This document shows, piece after piece, positions 58,313-64,000 of a stretch of DNA of 64,000 nucleotides. Source of the DNA: an uncultured Gammaproteobacteria bacterium (GTDB lineage Bacteria; Pseudomonadota; Gammaproteobacteria; Ga0077536); the NCBI GenBank assembly GCA_963976285.1, contig CAXBJY010000012.1, forward strand, positions 23,830 through 87,829, in the 5' to 3' direction. The position numbers and the translations under genes were made by a program. The notes under the pieces were generated by a model. It saw only the letters and a program-made list of their open reading frames with translations. It was not told the origin of the DNA and did no database searches. Position 1 is the first letter of the stretch; every line of letters starts with the position of its first letter.

Positions 58313-59123
58313 GATCCTGGATCCGACGGCCGCACCCGCACCGGAATCGTGCACGACGGTACTGAAGGAGAATGCATACAAACGGGTCGCCCTGACGACG
58401 GAAGCCGACGGCAGGAAATTGATCCGTAAACGTTACCGCGGACATCGCGCGGAACACCTCGCGGCGAATACGCGCTACGTCGCCGCTACGCTCGCGCTGT
58501 TCCGGGAGCACTTCAGCGATATCGTCCTGACCCCGGCCTGTTGCGGCATCGACCTCGCGGAGTATGAAGTGACGATCGAGTATCTCCCGTCGCTGCCCGG
58601 CGCCGCGCTACTGACGAAACACACGTTCGCGCGCGCCGCGGTGTTTTTTGAACGCTGCTACACGATCCGCGACGATCGCGGTTGCCTGCGCCCGATGTCG
58701 CTGTCCGTGTACTACACGCCACGGATGCAGGCACTGATCGAGGACGGAATACCGCTCGCGCTCGGTCTCAAGGGCGATCTGTGGCAGAACCTGTGCCTCG
58801 ACGGTGATGCCCTCGTGCTCGCGGATATCGATTCCGCCGCACTCGAACCGCTCGGGCTCAGCGAACTGATCATGATCGCGGAAATCGCGGCGTCACTGCG
58901 CCGCGAGAATTTCGCCTTTGCCGGGGTCGCGCCCGAACCCGTGTGTTTTCGGCACCTGACACGCGATGAGGCCGATGCGATCATCGACGCCGCGCTCGAA
59001 ATCTTCGACCTGCGCCTCGCCGCGGCCCTGCCCGGTTTGCGTTACGCGAAACGCCGGATCGCGCGCAGCGTCCTCGAGCGTGCCCGGGATCGCGCGTATA
59101 CACCGCGGAGTAATCCGATATGA
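58305..59123 (+). CDS. Hypothetical protein, possible divergent protein-kinase-like (APH/Kdo-WaaP) fold
   Basis: LIRKRY, VTIEYLP, KGDLWQNL, VLADID in kinase-like order; overlaps both neighbours. The CDS is likely real, the fold call is tentative. Confidence 0.55.
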   Translation: MNEILDPTAAPAPESCTTVLKENAYKRVALTTEADGRKLIRKRYRGHRAEHLAANTRYVAATLALFREHFSDIVLTPACCGIDLAEYEVTIEYLPSLPGAALLTKHTFARAAVFFERCYTIRDDRGCLRPMSLSVYYTPRMQALIEDGIPLALGLKGDLWQNLCLDGDALVLADIDSAALEPLGLSELIMIAEIAASLRRENFAFAGVAPEPVCFRHLTRDEADAIIDAALEIFDLRLAAALPGLRYAKRRIARSVLERARDRAYTPRSNPI

Positions 59124-60118
59124 CGGCAAAACTGATCGTGACGATCGATACGGAAGAAGAAGGCCTGTGGTCGGGAAAATTCTCCGGTTATGACAACCCG
59201 GTGGAGAATCTCGCCGGGATTCCCGCATTTCAGGCGATCTGTGACCGCCACGACATCCGCCCGACGTACCTCGTGAACTCACCCGTAGTCAGCAACGAGC
59301 AGGGTTGCGCGGTGCTCGACGACATTCTCCGCGACGGCCGCTGCGAGATCGGCTGTCATATCCACCCCTGGAACACGCCGCCGGAAGAAGACGATATTAC
59401 GAGCGAACGTTCTTATCTGTGCAATCTTCCGCGCGAGCTTCAGCGCGCAAAACTCACGACCGTGACGGCGCAGATCGAACAGCGCTTTGGCATCCGGCCA
59501 ACGTCGTTCCGCGCCGGACGTTACGGACTCGACGACGACGGCGCGGCGATCCTGAAGGAACTCGGTTACACGGTCGACTCGAGCGTGTGCCCCTACATGG
59601 ATTACTCGGACGACGGGGGGCCGGATTTTCGCGGCGCGACGTGGCGGCCCTACTTTGTCGGCGAGAAATTACTCGAACCGGCACCCACGCGTACCGAACT
59701 CGTCGAAGTGCCGGTGTCATTCGGGTTCAACTGGACGAACTTCGAGGCCGCCCATCGTCTCGACGAGTTTCTAGCCGGCCCCCGCGTGCGCCGATTTCGG
59801 GTCAAGGGCATTCTCGAACGACTCGGCGCCCTGAGGAAGATCAAGTTCTCGCCGGAAAAAGCGGATTCCGGGCGTCTCAACGCACTCGCGGATGCGTACA
59901 CCCGGCAGGCCGCACCGTGCATGGTCATGATGTTCCACAGTTCATCGCTGCAGCCCGGATATTCGCCGTACGTGCCGGATCCGGCCGCGCTCGACACGTT
60001 CCTGCGCACGATCGACGAAACGTTCACGTACTGCCTCGATACGCTCGGCATGCGCGGCGCAACGCTGAGCGAGTTCGCGGCTGAATTCGCCGCCACCCCC
60101 GTTCATGCCGGGGCGTGA
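59120..60118 (+). CDS. Polysaccharide deacetylase family protein (WalW-like)
   Basis: TIDTEEE, IGCHIHPW, SFRAGRYG, VDSSV, MMFHSSSL. Confidence 0.8.
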   Translation: MTAKLIVTIDTEEEGLWSGKFSGYDNPVENLAGIPAFQAICDRHDIRPTYLVNSPVVSNEQGCAVLDDILRDGRCEIGCHIHPWNTPPEEDDITSERSYLCNLPRELQRAKLTTVTAQIEQRFGIRPTSFRAGRYGLDDDGAAILKELGYTVDSSVCPYMDYSDDGGPDFRGATWRPYFVGEKLLEPAPTRTELVEVPVSFGFNWTNFEAAHRLDEFLAGPRVRRFRVKGILERLGALRKIKFSPEKADSGRLNALADAYTRQAAPCMVMMFHSSSLQPGYSPYVPDPAALDTFLRTIDETFTYCLDTLGMRGATLSEFAAEFAATPVHAGA

Positions 60119-61151
60119 CATCGACCGCGCGATGACGCGCCGGCGGGAGCGCGGCGCGATCCGGTTCAGGCCGATGATCGCGCTGAACGTGCTCGCACTC
60201 GGCCTGCTCACGGTGGCGGTCATCACATTCGGGACGTCGAAGGAAAACGGCACCCGGGTACGCAACAGTTTTCTCGTGCAGACCGCGGGTGAACAGCTGT
60301 TGTCGCTGCCGCCCGCGGCCCTGCCCGCCGATTTTCAGCGCGAACGATTGCCCGCCCCGGAATATCTTGTCGTGAAGGTCGACGAGTTGATCCCGCCACA
60401 CACGCGCGGCGAGATCCCGGAATTCGAGCAGAGTTTGATCCTCGCGCGCCACCTGATTGCGAACAAAGGCAAGGGCAAGGCGATCCAGGGCAGCGTGCAA
60501 GAAGCGTATCGCCTGATCCGCGATCAGGGGCGCGGTTATTGCGCGGATTACTCCCAGGTATTCACGGCGCTGGCACTCGCTGCCGGGATCCCGGTGCGCG
60601 AATGGGGGCTCGGCTTCGATGGTTTCGGTCGTGGTCATGCCTTCAACGACGTCTACGACACGCGGCTGCAACAGTGGGTGTTTATCGACAGCTACCACTC
60701 GTTGTTCGTCATCGATCCGGCCAGCGGCAGACCGTTATCGACGCTCGAGTTCCAGCGCCGCCTGCTCGACGACGGCAACATGCAGACGTACCGGTTCGTG
60801 CCGATCGTCGCGGAGAAATACCGTTTTCACACCGCCGCCGAGGCCAACGACTACTACGCGAAGACCGCGGCGAATTTCTACCTGTTCTGGGGTAATGACG
60901 TGTTCTCCTACGACGACGACCCCGTCGTCCGGCTGCTGGCCCCGCTGTCGCGGCCGCTCGAAGTGCTCGGCGCGATTGCAAGCGGCGCGCAGCCCGGGAT
61001 CCGGGTGTTGGAACTACCGGGCAACGCGCGTTATATCGCGCGTCTGGAGACGATCCGGCAGGCACTCGTTACCGCCCTCATCGTCGCGTTGGCGCTACTG
61101 ATAACATTGGGTTTACAACTTATGCGCTTAATGCGCCGGCGCCAGGCATGA
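60105..61151 (+). CDS. Membrane-anchored transglutaminase-like protein
   Basis: GYCADYS (Cys), GHAFNDVY (His), VFIDS (Asp); N- and C-terminal hydrophobic helices; start uncertain (60105, 60132 or 60174). Confidence 0.78.
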   Translation: MPGRDIDRAMTRRRERGAIRFRPMIALNVLALGLLTVAVITFGTSKENGTRVRNSFLVQTAGEQLLSLPPAALPADFQRERLPAPEYLVVKVDELIPPHTRGEIPEFEQSLILARHLIANKGKGKAIQGSVQEAYRLIRDQGRGYCADYSQVFTALALAAGIPVREWGLGFDGFGRGHAFNDVYDTRLQQWVFIDSYHSLFVIDPASGRPLSTLEFQRRLLDDGNMQTYRFVPIVAEKYRFHTAAEANDYYAKTAANFYLFWGNDVFSYDDDPVVRLLAPLSRPLEVLGAIASGAQPGIRVLELPGNARYIARLETIRQALVTALIVALALLITLGLQLMRLMRRRQA

Positions 61152-63169
61152 CCGGCGCGCCCCCAGGTCTCGCCGGTGCGCTCGCGTTTGCGAGCGTTGC
61201 CGCCATGTGTACCACTTTCATGCTTGCTAACACCACGCAAATCGGGCGCGAGAGCACGCCGGATTCGGCCGGAAGGACAACTATCGTCCCCGAGAACTCA
61301 CGTTTCTGGGGTCGAGAGGCGTTCGTTCCGGACTGGCGTCGCGGTGACGAAATCGACGCAGTGGCCAGTGAATATTTTATCAAGCACTATTGGCCGAAAC
61401 TTCGACCACCGCGCTACGCGAATTCCAACGCGTCACAGCCTCGACCGGCCGCCGATGGGGTGCGGATATTTCCCGCGAAATACTGGCATGCCATAGACCC
61501 CGATCATCAGGTCAGCGCCGAAGACCGATTCACCTCACCGATTGAGCTGTTCGCGGCCCGCGGCGAAAGCGAACCGGTTGCCATTGGCGTGCGCACCGGG
61601 GCATCTTCGCGCGTTGTCTCGCTGACAACAACGACCCTCGCCAGCGCAGCCAGCGCAATCGATGCGCAGGCCGTAACGAACCGACTCATGCTGAGTTACT
61701 CAGCGCGCCGCGATCCGGGGAGACGCCCAACCGAAACGGTGGAAAAACCGATGGTATTGCTGAAGCCGCCTGCTAACCGATGGAAATTTCCGCCCGCGAC
61801 AGCAATGGCATATGTTGTCGATTTTCACGTACCTGTCGATCAGCCCGCCGGCGAATACCGGGGTGAAATCATCGTCTCCGTTGATGGCGAAGAACACGAA
61901 CGACTTCCGGTGTTACTAACCGTGCTGCCGTTTTCGCTCAAGACGAACGGTTTCCACGCGGGGGCATTCGGCACAACGTACAACATCTGGACAGGCGGCT
62001 TCAGCGGCTATACAGAAGAGATGATCGAAATGGACAGCCGCTACGGCTACAACCTTGCCGGCGGTTTCTTCAACAAGGGCAACGAGGTGCCGTTCGTACG
62101 CGAAAAAGGCGGCCGCGTGCGGGTCGACGAGTCGGACGCCAAATTCGCCAAATTCAACGCCACAATGAAGTTGTTGCGGAACTATGGCATGGGTGATGTT
62201 GCGTTCTGGAACTGGGGCGCGAGCGGAAATGTCAAACAATTCAATAACGTGCTGGCAAAAGTCGGCTTTCCTCCTATCGACACGGACAGCGGCAAGCGCG
62301 GTTTCGCCTTGATCTGTGCGGCGCTGAAGCGCGCAGAAATCCGAAACGATTGGCCGGAGTTCGTACTGAACCCTTACGATGAGGCGCTCAAAGACCAGGA
62401 TTCAACACTTGAAATCATCAAGTCTATCCCGGCTGTACGACAGATAAGTCCCAGTACGCGCCTTTACATGACCGAATGGCGCCGGGGTTACACACGGCTT
62501 TACCAAAGCACTGGACTGTCGCTCAGCGGTTCGAAACGGCCACGAAAGCGTGAAATGCGGATCCTCGCGTCGGCTCACGAGACCCCGAGAATGAACTTCC
62601 AAGTAATTGGCGCAAATACGCTCAGTCATGAAGCCGCAAACCTGCAACATCGACTTGGGGGAGAATACTGGCACTATGGCGGTGCTAGCCGGCTAGATGC
62701 GCAATCACGCCTCGCGTATGGATTTATTCCCTGGGTAGTCCGGGCCGACGCGAGTCTGATATGGGCCAATTACAAAGGCGATCTACTTGGTAACGGCTGG
62801 ACACTGCACTATGCGATGCCAATCGACCCGGACGGGCGGCGCAATCGCGACACTCGCGGGCCAATTATTCCGAGCGTTCGCGCTATCGCTGTCAGAGAGG
62901 GTATTGACGATCGGAAATACATCGAAACACTGCGCTTTTATGCGACACAGTCCGGCTCGATGGCGGATTTACGGTACCTCGATTCACTTAGCACCGAAGT
63001 GCGTCGTTCCGTGTCCAATATAATTGCGGTCGGAGGGCTCGACAATATTGAGCCCCTTGTATCCGAACAACGGCAAATGGACGAGCTTCGCGCAGAACTA
63101 CGCACCCGCATAGTCAAGTTAATGGAGATACCGCGTAAAAGTTACGAGAGCCCGACAGCGGTCCATTGA
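61148..63169 (+). CDS. Large exported protein, GH123/DUF4091-like glycoside-hydrolase-like
   Basis: LFAARGESEP, VPVDQPAGEYRGEI..V..LPVLLTVLPFSL, YDE acidic pair, REGIDDRKY. Confidence 0.55.
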   Translation: MTGAPPGLAGALAFASVAAMCTTFMLANTTQIGRESTPDSAGRTTIVPENSRFWGREAFVPDWRRGDEIDAVASEYFIKHYWPKLRPPRYANSNASQPRPAADGVRIFPAKYWHAIDPDHQVSAEDRFTSPIELFAARGESEPVAIGVRTGASSRVVSLTTTTLASAASAIDAQAVTNRLMLSYSARRDPGRRPTETVEKPMVLLKPPANRWKFPPATAMAYVVDFHVPVDQPAGEYRGEIIVSVDGEEHERLPVLLTVLPFSLKTNGFHAGAFGTTYNIWTGGFSGYTEEMIEMDSRYGYNLAGGFFNKGNEVPFVREKGGRVRVDESDAKFAKFNATMKLLRNYGMGDVAFWNWGASGNVKQFNNVLAKVGFPPIDTDSGKRGFALICAALKRAEIRNDWPEFVLNPYDEALKDQDSTLEIIKSIPAVRQISPSTRLYMTEWRRGYTRLYQSTGLSLSGSKRPRKREMRILASAHETPRMNFQVIGANTLSHEAANLQHRLGGEYWHYGGASRLDAQSRLAYGFIPWVVRADASLIWANYKGDLLGNGWTLHYAMPIDPDGRRNRDTRGPIIPSVRAIAVREGIDDRKYIETLRFYATQSGSMADLRYLDSLSTEVRRSVSNIIAVGGLDNIEPLVSEQRQMDELRAELRTRIVKLMEIPRKSYESPTAVH

Positions 63170-63193
63170 TGCTGTCTTATCAAAAAGGTGCGG

Positions 63194-64000
63194 TTATTTT
63201 TCTCGCACAAGGTCTTCGTAGAATTCAAGAGTATCGCGCCACGTGACACGCGAATCGTACATTTCCAGCACACGTCTTCGAGCACTTTCACCCATCGTAC
63301 GCCGTAGCTCTGGGTTTTCAACGAGTTCGAGAATAGAATCCGACAGAGCAAGAGTATCGCCACAATTCACGACACGCCCCTCAAACCCTTCACGGACTAC
63401 TAGCGGCAAATCACCAGGATTTGTCACTACACTTGGCAAGCCGCACGACATGGCTTCGAGCGTTGCAAATGGAAATCCTTCGGTGTCGGAACAAAGGACA
63501 TAGATATCACCGGATCGCAGGAAACTGGCAACGTCGTCGATGTGCCCAGCAAGTGTTACGCACTCGCCGAGGTTTAAAGACCGAATCTGGTTTTCAAGTT
63601 CCGGTCTATCGGCACCCTCCCCAGCAATTACGATTTCGAAACTCGTGCCGCGGTCACGAAGAAGAGCGCCAGCATCAATCAGCAAGTCAAATCGCTTTTG
63701 CTTTGTTAAACCGCCACAAGCGACGATTCGCGGCATGTCTTGAGATTCCAGCCGAGTTTCCTTCGGCGAGAACCGAATAATATCCACACCATTTGGCAAG
63801 AAGGTAAAAAACCGGGACGGCAAATTCAATAGCTTCGTGATCACGCCTGCGTGATAGTTACTCACGCTCATACCCGTATCGAACAACGATAAGAATTCGG
63901 TTCGTTCTTTTAGTGACTTGTTTTCTTCGGTCCATGGAATCAAACGACGATTTCGATGAAGGTTGCTATGATCAGTAACAATCGGTAGATGCATAGAGAA
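63194..64000 (-). CDS. GT4 glycosyltransferase, probably 5'-truncated by the window edge
   Basis: LPNGVD, GGLTKQKRF, SDTEGFPFATLEAMSCGLPSV; frame stays open to position 64000. Confidence 0.85.
   Translation of the reverse strand, partial: FSMHLPIVTDHSNLHRNRRLIPWTEENKSLKERTEFLSLFDTGMSVSNYHAGVITKLLNLPSRFFTFLPNGVDIIRFSPKETRLESQDMPRIVACGGLTKQKRFDLLIDAGALLRDRGTSFEIVIAGEGADRPELENQIRSLNLGECVTLAGHIDDVASFLRSGDIYVLCSDTEGFPFATLEAMSCGLPSVVTNPGDLPLVVREGFEGRVVNCGDTLALSDSILELVENPELRRTMGESARRRVLEMYDSRVTWRDTLEFYEDLVREK

Noticed and set aside
60990-61151. PEP-CTERM sorting signal on the transglutaminase-like protein; exosortase gene
   Set aside because: The TM plus Arg tail is present but there is no VPEP motif. 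No exosortase ORF is in this window, so the XrtA association rests only on family resemblance.
1-64000. rRNA, tRNA, CRISPR arrays, IS/transposase/integrase/prophage genes
   Set aside because: No such motifs, regularly spaced repeats or terminal inverted repeats with target duplications were seen by eye. tRNAscan/Infernal/CRISPR finders were not run.

Overview
A GC-rich (mostly about 60-70%) bacterial chromosomal window, probably from a proteobacterium (gamma/beta-like gene orders; inference), in three blocks. (1) 1-6.2 kb, housekeeping: tsaB, cpdA, and a class Ia ribonucleotide reductase nrdAB preceded by tandem NrdR boxes. (2) 6.2-32.5 kb, a C1-oxidation island. It holds the tetrahydromethanopterin/methylofuran formaldehyde-oxidation cluster (orf21, pabB, orf9, orf17, fae, orf7, orf5, mch, orfY, mtdB, mptG, fhcBADC), an NAD-linked formate dehydrogenase (fdh1BA-like) directly behind fhcC, and a lanthanide-type methanol dehydrogenase xoxF with xoxJ. 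The most striking feature is that no cytochrome cL (xoxG) gene is visible. Two paralogous pseudoazurin-type blue copper proteins, one a lipoprotein on a long Pro/Ala tether, sit between xoxF and xoxJ instead, suggesting a copper-protein electron acceptor for XoxF (inference). (3) 32.6-64 kb, a Wzx/Wzy exopolysaccharide locus of the exosortase A/PEP-CTERM-associated type. It has an ACP/acyl-AMP ligase/PLP decarboxylase/GNAT/paired-hydrolase module, an AsnB-like amidotransferase, a GDP-mannose-dehydrogenase-like enzyme and a lyase. It also has a tightly coupled operon of an ATP-grasp::LMW-phosphatase fusion, a divergent kinase-like protein, a deacetylase, a membrane-anchored transglutaminase-like protein and a GH123-like protein. 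No rRNA, tRNA, CRISPR array or mobile element was recognised. All calls come from visual motif recognition; no database searches were run. Several start codons were moved from the ORF track using RBS and overlap evidence.
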